64,000 nucleotides of DNA from Cetorhinus maximus (lineage: Eukaryota), in assembly GCF_964194155.1 (NCBI RefSeq), contig NC_135901.1:22444001-22508000 (forward strand). The letters run 5' to 3'. The translations under genes were made by a program, and so were the position numbers. The notes under the pieces are model-generated. The model made no database searches. It was given only the letters and a program-made list of their open reading frames with translations, and was not told the DNA's origin. This document shows positions 1 through 11,039 of the stretch, one piece after another (positions within the stretch are counted from its first letter, which is position 1; every line of letters begins with the position of its first letter).

Positions 1-893
1 ATATGGGTAGGAAAATAAATTGTGAAGAAGACATGAGGCTACAAAAGGATACAAATAGGTTAGGTGAGTGGGCAAAAATCTGGCAAATGGAGTATAATGT
101 GGGAAAATGTGACATTGTCCATGTTGGCAGGACGAATAAAAAAGAAGCATATTATTTAAATGGTGAGAGATTGCAGAGCTCTGAGATTCAGAGGGATCTG
201 GGTGTCCTAGTGCATGAATCGCAAAAGGTTAGTGTGCAGGTACAGCAAGTAATTAGTAAAGCTGAAAGAATGTTATCTTTCATTGCAAGGGAAATTGAAT
301 ACAAGAGTAGAGAGGTTATGCTTCAGTTATACAGAGCCCACATCTGGAGTACTATGTGTAATCTTGGTGTCCTTATTTAAGGAAAGATGTAAATGCATTG
401 GAAGCAGTTCAGTGAAGGTTTAGTTGATCAATACCAGGAATGGGCGGGTTGTCTTATGAGGAAAGGTTGGACAGACTAGGCTTGTATCTGCTGGAGTTTA
501 GAAGGGTAAGAGGCAATTTGATTGAAACACATAAGATATTGAGGGGTCTTGTCAAGGTGGGTGTGGAAAGGATGTTTTCTCTTCTGAGAGAATCTTGAAC
601 TAGGGGCCACTGTTTAAGGGGTCGCCCATTTAAGTCAGAGATGAGGAATTATTTTTTCTCTCATAGGGTTGTGAGACTTTGGAATTCTCTTCCTCAAAAG
701 GCAGTTGAGACAGAGTCTTTGAATATATTTAAGGCAGAGGGTAGATAGATTCTTGATAAGCAAGGGGGTGAAAGGTTATCGAGGTTGGCAGGAATGTGTA
801 GTTGAGATTACAATCAGATCAGCCATGATCTTATTGAATGGCGGAACAAGCCCGAGGGGCCAAGTGGCCTTCTCCTGCTCCTAATTCGTATGT
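1..893 (+). mobile_element. CR1 LINE, 3' fragment (RT C-terminus + 3' UTR)
   Basis: ORF 3..380 WAKIWQMEYNVGKC...RDLGVLV is typical CR1 ORF2. It ends in the 3' UTR motif gatcagccatgatcttattgaatggcgg...ctcctgctcctaattcgtatg. Confidence 0.9.
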
Positions 894-904
894 GCGTATA
901 TAAG

Positions 905-960
905 TTAATAAACCATTTCAAAGGGCTGCTGTTTAATATTCTGGATAAATGTCACATAGT
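905..960 (+). other. 3' UTR module of a zinc-finger gene lying upstream of the window, interrupted by the CR1
   Basis: ttaataaac...gtttaatattctggataaatgtca matches the 3' UTR block after the ZF ORFs (e.g. 9383-9430, 32946-32995). Confidence 0.55.
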
Positions 961-2339
961 ATGTCAAACTTTGTTTTTCACACATTGTTGTACAATTTTG
1001 TCTTTCCCACCTGAGTGTTTAACATCACCTGGCTGGAGCTCAGAAAGGACAATCTGGGGGAGGATCATATGGCAGGAATAGAACTTCAGCCTGGACACAG
1101 TCCTTCAGGGTCACACTGAGAGGGACAAATGACACTTTGGTCTTTCTCATATTTCTTCAATGACAGCAAAACCCACATGTGGATTAATCCTGAGGTGTGA
1201 GAAATGTGTCACAGCCACTTCTCTGCAGTACGTACAGACTAAAGATGACCAAGGTCAGGCTGTGGAGTCCAAGGCCACATAGAAAAATGGATGGAAAAAT
1301 TCAAACTTCCTGTAAATCTAACTCTCCGATTTCTGTTTTGTAACCATCGTGTTTCAAAGCTGCTAGGCAGAGAGCAGAATGCTCCTTTACAATTGTGGTT
1401 GTACAACCTGAGTCAGGCAGTCTGGAAACGTGCTGTTAAATCAGAGATTGGTGTAAAACTGTGCTCTGTTCCTGACTGAAACTGAAATGGCAGGAATAAG
1501 TCTCCAGTTTAAAAATGACTGGTGATTATTCTGTGAAGTTTTTAAGATTTATTGGTGGCAGTCCTGAGTCCACTACTTTAAGCCAATGTCAACAACAACT
1601 TGTATTGATATAGCACCTTTAACATAGTAAAATGTAGCTAAAAATAAATAGTGTAAAGTCTGTCTTAAAATAACACGAGGAATTCACAGGATCCTTTTAA
1701 CTCCTGGGACAATTATACAACAGACATTTGATCTCCAGATAAAGAAGGACCTACACCATGTTTCCAAGAATTCCCTGCTATATTGATGTGTGTGTGTGTT
1801 AGATCCCAGGATTTTGTTGCAGTCTTCCTCCAGTATTAACTGTACTTCCCAATTTGGTAATCAATTAATTCATAAATAAATCAGTTCATCACTTCCTCAT
1901 GTCATTGTACACTCTGCTACTAAATTAAAGATTAAATGAACTGTACAACAAAGTTTTATTAACTGGGAATTCTTATCTGTGATTTACTGTAATTCTGCTC
2001 CCAAATTTTAAAATTGGGTTTCTGATTTCTGAGTCCAAATCGTTTGTATAAATTTGAATAACAGTGGTTCCAGCATTGCTCCCTGTGGAACATCAATTCC
2101 CACCTTTTACCAGTCTGGGTTGCTACTCTTAACCTCTTCTCTCTGTTTTCTGTTTTGTAACCTGCTTGTTATCCATAACAGTGTGTACAAGGTGACCAAA
2201 ATCAGGCTGTGTGGAGTGAAGGGCCAGGCAGCAGATGGATGGAAAGTTGGCTACAAAACCGAAATCAGAGAGTTAGATTTACAGGGAGTTTGGAGCCATC
2301 TTTTCATCCATTCTGCTCTGTGGCCTGACCTTCACTGAG

Positions 2340-3058
2340 ACCATCAATATCAGGGGAATTATCCATAATACCAATAGGAAAGTTGGGGCTGCAATTATGC
2401 AAAGATGTCATGTATTGTCCAAAATCTCCCACCAGGGCTGATCACCAGGGTGGCCATAGATCACCTAATATCTATTGGTGGCTTAGCTTTTTGTCATTGT
2501 GTCTGTTCAAGATGTTATCCATTATAGACTAAGGTTCAGAGAAAGTGCTGGAATTAGATAGTCAAAACTGCTTTGAGTCCCTGGAGGGTGATATTTACTT
2601 GAATTTCTATAACTTTTTGGTCCTTACAGACACATACTTTTTCACCAGTCTTAGTCAGTATTCGGGTTGGCGGTGTGAGGCAAAACCTGGTCCACCTGAC
2701 CGATAGGACGTGTATCCATGTGGGTTTGTGTGTGTGTGTGTGTTGTGTCAAACCAAACGGAAGGTCCAACTTCCTTTGTAACAACATGAAGAGTCTTTTT
2801 TTTCAAGATCCCTTCCTTTCCCCTCACTATTATCCTCAGTTCAGAAAATCCTTGTGTACATCATCCTCCAGCATGCTACTGTCTTTACTAAATACTTCCA
2901 TCGGTCTTACTAACAGATAGGAATGGGATCACTGATATCACAGGAACAATTTCTGAAATGCTGTCATTCTGATTTTAAAGCTTCCTGGAGTAAGACATTG
3001 ATCCAGATCTTCCCACCTAACACCAATCCTTATCCCCATCTGAGTTCCAGATTTTAAG
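2340..3058 (-). mobile_element. Degenerate env-like (retroviral/LTR-element glycoprotein) relic, copy 1
   Basis: Minus-strand translation gives FCLTP...VNITLQG and DQPWWEILDNT*HLCIIAAPTFLLVLWIIPLILMV. Homologous to 50900-51840 and 43700-43930. Confidence 0.4.
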
Positions 3059-3068
3059 GTGATTGTCC

Positions 3069-3406
3069 CATATGTTTAGCATCTGTCCATCTGTGAGAGA
3101 TGATGGGAATGCAGCCTCAGAACTTTGGTGATATCAGATGAGATGATCTGCTACACTTCATCTGATGGCCGAACAAGCTGATTCTGTAAAGGCAAAACTG
3201 CCTCATATGAAGGTATTCCTGACTCGTGTTGTGGGATGATCTCTGCTGACACCTTGTTTGTCTGTGTTGGAGTTTCTGAAATGACATGTCGCTGTGGTGG
3301 TGAACTCCTGCCCACAGCTGGTGTTTCCAATTGCATCAATCATCAGTTAGCTTCCCACTTGTCGTGATTAATGTTGAGGGCTTTCATGTCTCATCTTTGA
3401 AGCTTT
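3069..3406 (-). mobile_element. RTE-clade LINE 3' fragment with target-site duplication
   Basis: Degenerate RDMKALNINHDKWE...WKHQLWAGV C-terminus. TSD gtgattgt at 3059-3066 and 3407-3414. The site is empty in the paralogous segment at ~50890-50915. Confidence 0.7.
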
Positions 3407-3669
3407 GTGATTGTACAATATAGAAAACATGTTTAACCTCTTTAAACCTGGTTCAGCACATCCCCTGTACACACGTTACAACAAATTGTTTTTGAGATCA
3501 GTTTTTCCTTTACATTCTGTGTTGTTTTGAATATCAACCTTCTCCCTGACCTGTCCTAACCCCCCTGCCGATTCATTTATTAAAACCTCGTTCTAATGGT
3601 GAATTCCCTGTCTGCCCAGTTATTCCTTTAAGTTTGTGCCTTGTTTCACCATGTTCCCACATTTCAGTA

Positions 3670-4270
3670 ACAAATGTTGAAATATTTGCTCCACACCCAC
3701 AGGGTTTCACTGTTTAAAGTCACAAGCAGAAAGGTCCAGTTTTCTCCTGGAGTTTGAGGCAAATCAGCTTTCAAAATGATGCAGAGTCTCAGCAAATGAG
3801 GGAGATCCTGGTTAAGCCCCGCCCCTCATTCACTCCAATTGGCTGGAGGGCCAGCCGCTCCCCTTTTGTTCCTGCAGTCCTGCCACCTCTTCCTATTGGT
3901 CCAGAGCTGCCATCAATTACCCAGGCATTGTGACGGGAGCATGCGCAGTGTGGCTGCTGGAGCTGGACATCAGTGAGCAGGTGTAATCCCGCCTCGCGTT
4001 TGGAACATGCGCAGTGTGTGAGGGCGAAGGAAAGCTGCTTGTTTGTCAGGTCCGCAGCCGGTAAAATAAAGTCGGAATTGAGGGAGAGATGGAGCCGGCG
4101 GGTGGACGGGCAGGCTTCGTAAACACCTTGAGCCGTTCTTAAACCAGGATAACGAGCTACCGGTTCCTCGTTGGTATCTGTGGGCGGCAGTTGCCCCGAT
4201 CCGCGTCCCTCGGTGAGAGGCCCGGATTAACGGCCGCCATCTTGTGCAACGGTGCGCATGCGCAGTCATC
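3670..4270 (+). promoter_or_regulatory. CpG promoter module of ZF gene A1
   Basis: GC box gccccgcccc (~3816), inverted CCAAT boxes (attgg ~3838, ~3895), NRF1-like catgcgca (~3940, ~4006, ~4257) and YY1-like ggccgccatctt (~4232). The module recurs at 22880, 50230 and 59110. Confidence 0.7.
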
Positions 4271-4299
4271 CCTGTCCCTGTCAGCAGAAGAGAATGTTG

Positions 4300-4592
4300 T
4301 GCATTTCTATCCTGGATTGATAGGAATGGATTTTGGAAACTATCTTTACAGTGGGTTAGAAGGGGAGGATTTACACACAGCAAATTCAAATCAAGAGAAA
4401 TGTTTGTCCTTTTTCAGTTTCCATCCTGGATGTATTATTGTAAACTTACATGGCACTGGAAGTGGAGGATTGACAGACGGGAAACTCAAACCAAACATCT
4501 GACAGTCATTCGATTCATCAGAACCTGAATATCACCAAAGTTTGAATGTAGAAGTGAAACAGCTTGTCTGTAGGCAAAGATTTCAGGTAAGC
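4300..4592 (+). other. Tandem partial copies of the ZF coding-exon acceptor/leader; probable non-coding exon
   Basis: tttacag|tgggttagaaggggaggattt and gaaactcaaaccaaacatc...cctgaatatca match the acceptor/leader at 8020. Ends in a donor-like cag|gtaagc (4587). Confidence 0.5.
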
Positions 4593-4599
4593 ATGCGAA

Positions 4600-6800
4600 T
4601 AATGAACTCCAGTGTGGTAAGAATGGATCTGACCCAGTTAAGTTGGAATCAAAGGTTGGCAGGTGAAACTGGAATTGAAAAATTGGCTGCTTTGAAAAAA
4701 GAGATAGTTTGGACATAGTTAGGATACATTCCCACGAGGCAAAAGATAGGGGAAAGAAATCCAAGCTCTCACAATGACAAAAACAACAGAGATTAAGATG
4801 AAGAAGAAAAAGTGTACTTTATTGCAGATGTCAGGTGTAAAGTAGAACTTAGCTGAATAAAAAAGGTTCAGAGCAGAATTGGAAAAGCAATTAAGAGAAG
4901 CAAAGAGAGAGTATGTAAAGAGATTGATGGCTAACATAGAAAGAAATTAAAATGTCTTCTATAGACATACAAAGGATGATGAAGGGATGAGTGGGGCTGA
5001 TTTGGAACCACAATGTGATTTACACATGGAGGCAGGGGGCATGGCTGAGGTATTAAATTAATACTTTGCACCTGTATTTACTAAAGAAAAAGCCATTGCA
5101 CAGGTCATGGTGAAAGAGCAGGTAGTTGAGACCCCTGAAGGTTTTAAAATTGATGAGATATTGGATAGGCTGTCTGTACTTAAAATAGACAATGTACCAG
5201 GATGGTTTGCATCCACGGATATTGAGGGAAGTGAGAGTGGGAATTGTGGAGGCACTGGCCAGAACTTTTCAATCTTCCTTATACTTGGGTAATGTCAGAG
5301 GACTGGAGAATTCCAAAGATTCCACCCTTGTTCAGAAAGGGTCTAAATATAAGCTCAGCAGCTACAGGTCTATCAGTTTAACTTCTGTGGTGTGGAAGCT
5401 TCTAGAAACGATAATTCAGGATAAAATTAATAACGGAAAATCATGTTTATCTAAAATAAAAACAAAGTTCTGTAAAAACTCTGCAAGTCAGGCAGCATCT
5501 GTAGTGAGAGAAACAGAGTTAATGTTTCGAGTCCGATATGACTCTTTCTCAGAATCGTCTTATCTAACTTGCTTGAGTTTTTTGATGAGGCATCAGAGAG
5601 GGGTGATGAGGGTAATTCTGTTTATGTGGTGTAGATGGACTTCCAAAAGGCATTTGATAAAGTGCTGCACAACAGACTTGTGAGAAAAGTTACAGCTCAT
5701 GTGATCAAAGGGACAGTAACAACATGGATACGGAATTGGCTGAGCGCCTGGAAACAAAGAGTAGTGGTGCAGTGGTTAATGGTTGTTTTTCGGACTGGAC
5801 GAAGATTTATAGTGGAGTTCCCAAGGGATCAGCATTAGGAGCTCTGCTATTCCTGAAAAAATATTAATGATCTACACCTTGGTATACAGGGCTCAGTTTC
5901 AAAATTCACAAACATTACAAAACTTGGAAGCATTGTGAACTGTGAGGACAATAGTGTGGAACTTCAAAAGGACATAGACAGGATGGACAAGTAGCAGATG
6001 AAATGTAATGCAGAGAAGTGTGACATGATTCATTCTGGTCAGAAGAACGTTGGGAGACAATAGAAAAGAAAGAATACAAGTCTAAAGTGGGTATAGGAGC
6101 AGAGACACCTGGATGTATATGTGTATATGTTGAAGGTGGCAGGGCAGGTTGAGAAAGCAGTTCATAAAGCATACAGTATCCTGGGGTTTATTAATGGGGA
6201 CATTGAGTGCAAGAGCAAAATTGTTATGTTAAACTTGGATGCAAGACTGGTTCGGCCTCAACTGGGGTATTGTGTCTATTTCTGGGCACCACACTTTGGG
6301 AAGGATGTGAAGGCATTAGCGAGAGTGCAGAAAAGATTCATGAGAATGACGTCCCTCATCCCTGGGACCAGTTACAAATATAAATTAGAGAAGTCCGGAC
6401 CGTTCTCCTTGGAGAAGAGAAGGTTGAGAGGAGATTTGATAGAGGTGTCATGAGGGGCTTGGACAGAGTGAACAGGGAAAAGCTGCTGTCATTGGTGGGA
6501 GGATGGAGATTCAGAGGACACAGATTGAAGGGAATTGGGGAAAGAAGCAATGGTCATATGAGAAAAACTTTATCACACGCCAGTGTTTAGACTCTGGAAT
6601 GCACTGCCTGAGAGTGTGATGGAGGCAGATTCCATCGAGGCATTCGAGAGGAAATGATTATATTGTTTGAAAAGGAAGAATGTGCGGGGTTACAGGGAGA
6701 AGGCAGAGGAGTGGCACACGGTGGATATCTGCTTTAGGGAGCCAGAACAGACACAAAGGGCTGAATGGCCTCCTTCTGTGCTGTAATTATTCTGTGATCC
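4600..6800 (+). mobile_element. CR1 LINE, degraded ORF2 (RT) and 3' end
   Basis: Fragments DGLHPRILREV, YRSISLTSVVWKLLE, MDFQKAFDKV, LVRPQLGYCVYFWAP, LEKRRLRGDLIEV, with many frameshifts. Confidence 0.9.
5455..5555 (-). mobile_element. Penelope-like element 3' tail with degenerate hammerhead motif, nested in CR1
   Basis: Minus strand ctgagaa-a-gagtc-atatcg-gactc-gaaac-attaac followed by cagatgctgcctgacttgcagag, as in the tail of the GIY-YIG fragment at 40309. Confidence 0.7.
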
Positions 6801-6804
6801 TGAA

Positions 6805-7195
6805 GCAGTGTAACTGGAAAAGCACTGAGACACACAAACCCTGGAGCACACCTGGAGAACCGTGTTCAGTTCTGGGCAGCAAACCTTAGGAAGCAAACCT
6901 TGGAGGGAGTGTGGCACAGATTTACCTGAATAATATCCGAACCTGAAGGGTTAAATTACAAGGCGAGATTGCACGCAAGAGTCACCGAGACATTATGACA
7001 TAGAGGAGGCCATTCGGCCCATTGAGTCCATGCCAACTCTCCAGAGCAATCCAGTCAGTCCCATTTCCTTGCTCTATCTCTGTATTCTTGCAGATTTATT
7101 TCCCTCAAGTGTTTATCCAATTTCCTTTTGAGATCATTCACCGTGTCCATTGCCACCCCCCCTCATAGGCAGCAAGTTCCAGCTCATTATCACTC
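6805..7195 (+). repeat. Composite direct repeat, copy 1 (ZF-leader fragment + CR1 fragments)
   Basis: Collinear with 9822-10230: ...actggaaaagcactgagacac...gagcacacctg...tgttcagttctgggca...gggttaaattaca...gagtccatgcca...tttatttccctca. Confidence 0.7.
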
Positions 7196-7199
7196 ATTC

Positions 7200-7440
7200 T
7201 CAGAGGGCCAATAGGCTGTGGAATTCTCTTCCCCTGAGACCAGTGGGGCTGGGTCATTGAATATATTCAAGGCTGAGTTATATCGATTCTCGTTTGACAA
7301 AGGAGTCGCAGGTTATAGGAGATAAATAGGAAAATAGAGTTGAGGCCGCAATCAGATCAGCCATGATCTTATCAAATGGTGGAGCAGGTTTGAGGGGCCG
7401 AATGGCCTACTGTTGCTCCTAATTCCAATGTTTATATGTA
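7200..7440 (+). mobile_element. CR1 3' end
   Basis: tggaattctcttccc...aatcagatcagccatgatctt...ggcctactgttgctcctaatt. Confidence 0.8.
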
Positions 7441-7539
7441 TGGAAACTCAGTACAGTCATGCCAGGGAGAGGGTGTTCAGCAATTGAAATCATTGAGGAC
7501 TCTGATCTCTGGGAAGGAAAGAAACCCTGGGAGGTGGGC

Positions 7540-7880
7540 GTGGAGGATTCAGAAACACTCATTGGAGACCCCAAACCCCTAATAAGAGCCTGCAGGTCCT
7601 GCGTTTGCAGCTCTGGGGTTTCTTCCCAGGAGCAGGCCCAGGTTAACGGCCGTCATCTTGGTTCATCTGGGAGCAGACGCATGTATGGCCACCTTGGTGA
7701 TGCAACAGAGAGTGGACGGGACTTGAGGGTGTCTGTGACCAGGAGGGAAAATGATTAGTTCATTCATTTTATTGTCAGTCTGCAGACAGGAGCTGGAGAA
7801 CTGAACCCAGGCAGAGGAGAGGGAGGGAGAAAACTGGGAGTGGAGGAAAGAAATGGTGGAGATGGTGAGATGGGTTTGGA
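7540..7880 (+). promoter_or_regulatory. YY1-containing 5' module preceding type A coding exons
   Basis: cctgcaggtcc...caggcccaggttaacggccgtcatcttg...gagaactgaacccag. Homologous to 27575-27770, 42180-42460 and 49350-49600 (-). Confidence 0.55.
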
Positions 7881-8373
7881 AAGAGGGAGAGTGTGTGGGA
7901 CGGGGATTTACAGCTTTGGAGGAACAAAAGAAAAAACAATATTCCATTAAAACTAGAATTGTCTGTTCTGAATTTCCATCCCGGACTGACAGTGATGACT
8001 TTTATAAACTCGTTTTCCAGGGTATTAGAAGGGAAGGATTTGCAGATGTGAAACTCAAACCAAACATCTTCTGACAGTCACTCGATTCACCAGGACCTGA
8101 ATTCCCTCAGACTTTGAATGTGGAAGGAGAAATGTTTGTCTGTTCTGTCAGTGGGGAAAGATACTGAACTTCAGTATCACTGGAAAAACACCGAGACACA
8201 CACACACCCGAGTGAGAGTGTTCAGTGAATTGACTGTGGAAAGAGCTTTAACCAGTTAAACAACCTGAAAAAGCATCACCATTCACAGTGAGGAGAAACC
8301 ATACACATGTTCTGTGTCTGGAGAAGGTTTCAACTGATCATTCAACCTGGAGTGACACAAGGACACCCATACT

Positions 8374-9276
8374 ATGGAGAAACCATGGAAATGTGAGGAC
8401 TGTGGGAAAGGATTCAGTTACCCATCCCTGCTGGAAAACCATCGACGCAGTCACACAGGGGAAAGGCCATTCATCTGCTCTGTGTGTGGGGAGGGATTTA
8501 CTCAGTCATCTGGCCTTTGGTCACACCAACGAATTCACACTGAGGAGAAGCTATTCAGCTGCACTTCCTGTGGAAAGAGGTTCAGACACTCTTCAGCACT
8601 CACTGTACACCAACGCACTCACACTGGGGAGAGGCCATTCACCTGCTCCGAGTGTGGGAAGGGATTTACTCAGTCATTCCACCTTCTAACACACCAGCGA
8701 GTTCACACTGGAGAGAGGCTGTTCACTTGCTCTGTATGTGGGAAAGGATTCACTGGATCATCCCACCTGCTGTCACACCAGCGAATTCACATTGAAGAGA
8801 AACCATTCAGTTGCACTTCCTGTAGAAAGAGTTTCAGACAGGCATCCTCCCTCATTTTACACCAGCGAGTTCACACTGGGGAGAGACCATTCATCTGCTC
8901 CGAGTGTGGGAAGGGATTCACAGTTTTACCCACCCTGCTGAGACACCAGCGAATTCACACTGGGGAGAAGCCATTTAGCTGCACATCCTGTGGGAAGAGT
9001 TTCAGGCAGTCATCCAACCTCACTGCTCACCAACGCACTCACACTGCAGAGAAACCGTTCACATGCTCCGTATGTGGGAAAGGATTCAGTCGGTCATCCA
9101 ACCTCACCGCACACCAGCCAGTTCACACTGGGGAGAGGCCGTTCACTTGCTCGCTGTGTGGGAAGGGATTTGCAAAGTCTTTCAACCTACTGACCCACCA
9201 ACGCACTCACACTGAGAAGAGGTTATTCAACTCTCGGTGTGTGGGAAGGGATTCACTCAGTCACAATGCCTCCTGA
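8374..9276 (+). CDS. Tandem C2H2 zinc-finger protein A1 (10 fingers; 11th frameshifted), no N-terminal effector domain
   Basis: 300-aa ORF of CxxC...HxxxH repeats with TGE(R/K)PF linkers. Splice acceptor ttttccag at 8020, AATAAA at 9521. A 1-bp deletion near 9232 shifts the last finger (ancestral stop about 9297). Confidence 0.85.
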   Translation: MEKPWKCEDCGKGFSYPSLLENHRRSHTGERPFICSVCGEGFTQSSGLWSHQRIHTEEKLFSCTSCGKRFRHSSALTVHQRTHTGERPFTCSECGKGFTQSFHLLTHQRVHTGERLFTCSVCGKGFTGSSHLLSHQRIHIEEKPFSCTSCRKSFRQASSLILHQRVHTGERPFICSECGKGFTVLPTLLRHQRIHTGEKPFSCTSCGKSFRQSSNLTAHQRTHTAEKPFTCSVCGKGFSRSSNLTAHQPVHTGERPFTCSLCGKGFAKSFNLLTHQRTHTEKRLFNSRCVGRDSLSHNAS

Positions 9277-9821
9277 GACATCGGCAAGTTCATAAGTGAC
9301 TGCAGGGGTTGGATCCTGCTGTTCTTGCTGCTTGTAAGCTTGTTTAGTATTGATAGTCTGGCAATATTTTGTTTCTGCTGATGTTAACAACCCTATAACT
9401 GGCTGGAGTTTAATATTCTGGAGATGTCACTGATTTTCAGGACTGCAGTGTCCCTTTTTAAAAGCACCATCTGTGATCCTTCCTTTTAATTTTAAAAACT
9501 TTCAGTAGGAACCCCTTGACAATAAAATTATGAACTTTTACTACAATCGTAAATTGATATTTGATGAAAAATCTACAATTCAGTGTCTGAAAGATTTAAC
9601 TGCAGGGATCTAAATATTTTTTTTCAATGCCAATGGGAAGAGGATAACCAGGGAAAGAGTAGGGCCCATTAGGGACCAATGGGCCTTGACATCTTGACCA
9701 ACATTCAAGGCTATGGGCCAAGCGCTGGTAAATGGGATTAGGTAGGTAGGTCAGGTGTTTCTCACGTGTTGGTGAAGACTCAATGGGCCGAAGAGCCTCT
9801 TCTGCACTGTGTGATTCTGAG

Positions 9822-10230
9822 AAGATTTCAGGTGTGACTGGAAAAATGCTGAGACACTCAAACCCTGGTTAGAGCACACCTGAAGAACAGTGTTCAGTTC
9901 TGGGCAACAAACATCAGGAAGGATAGAATGGCCTTGGAGGGAGTGTAGCACATATTTACCTGAGTGATCTGAGCTCCAAGGGTTAAATTACAGAATGAGA
10001 TTACACAGAAGAGTTACAGAGTCATTATGGCACAGAGGAAGCCATTAGGCTCAGTGAGTCCATGCCAGCTATGTAGAGCAATCCAATCAGTCCCATTCCC
10101 CTGCTCTATCCCCGTATCCTTGCAAGTTTATTTCCCTCATGCTTCTGTCCACTTTCCTTTTGAAATTACTCACCATGTCCATTTCCACCCCCCTCATAGG
10201 CAGTAACCTCCAGGTCATTACCACTCACTG
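9822..10230 (+). repeat. Composite direct repeat, copy 2
   Basis: Collinear with 6805-7195. Confidence 0.7.
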
Positions 10231-11035
10231 TATAAAAATATTCTTCCTCACATCTCCCGCACTTTTTACCCAAAATCTTAAACCTCTGTCCTTGAGTCCT
10301 TGTACGATCAGCTGATGGGAATAGCTTTTCTTTGTCCACCATATCTAAACCTGTCATAATCTTGTACACTTCTACCAATCTCCCCTCAACCTCCTTTGCA
10401 GGAACCATTCTGGTAAATCTCCTCTGTGCCTTCTCAATGACCTTCACATCCTCCCTAAAGTGAGGAGACCAGAACTGGATGCAGTTCTCAAATTGTGGCC
10501 TAACCAGAGCTTCATAAAGAATTCAACATAACTTCCCTGTTTTTGTTCTCAATATCACCATTTATGAAGCTCAAGATCTAATCGTCTTTGCTAATCACTC
10601 TCTTAATACATTCTGTCACCTTCAGAGATCAAAGTCATGAAGCCTCAGGCCCCTCTGTCCCTGCACACTCTTTAGAGCTGTGCCATGAATAATATTTTCC
10701 CTCTCCCTATTCCTCCTGATAAAATACATCACCTCGCTGTGAGGGTTGTAATCCCTGGAATTTATAAGATTAAGAGCTGATTTGATCAAAGTTTTTGGGA
10801 TATTAATTGGAACTGACAGGATAGATAGAGAGGAACTATTTCCACTGGTTGGGGAATCTAGGACGAGTGGGTGGAGGCTAAATATAGAATCAGGTTCTAG
10901 CGCCTTTTCAGGGAGAGAGTTCCCGATCAGAACAACTCTCTGTTGGTGCACTTCCCTGTTTTTGTACTCAGTACCTCTATTTATGAAGCCCAAGACCCCA
11001 TATGCTTCACTGATACCCCCTCAATCTGTTCTGCC
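10020..11035. mobile_element. CR1 3' fragments in both orientations
   Basis: ORFs KAQRRFTRMVP...VEVYKIMTGLD (-), GFINRGTEYKNRE (-) and DRIDREELFPLVGESRT (+). Confidence 0.8.
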
Positions 11036-11039
11036 ATAG

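Noticed and set aside
8335-8355. Selenocysteine recoding of the conserved TGA
   Set aside because: The TGA replaces an Arg/Gln helix position rather than a Cys, the leaders also carry frameshifts and other stops, and no SECIS was recognised.
8288-9193. Overlapping alternative-frame ORFs in ZF genes ([10 protein letters not shown]-type, also at 31016, 48032 and 55038)
   Set aside because: Expected by-products of the 84-bp finger periodicity and codon usage. They are broken at recurring positions.
3670-9600. ZF units as autonomous transposons
   Set aside because: No terminal inverted repeats, TSDs, transposase or helicase were found around the units. Shared introns and TE fossils fit segmental duplication better.
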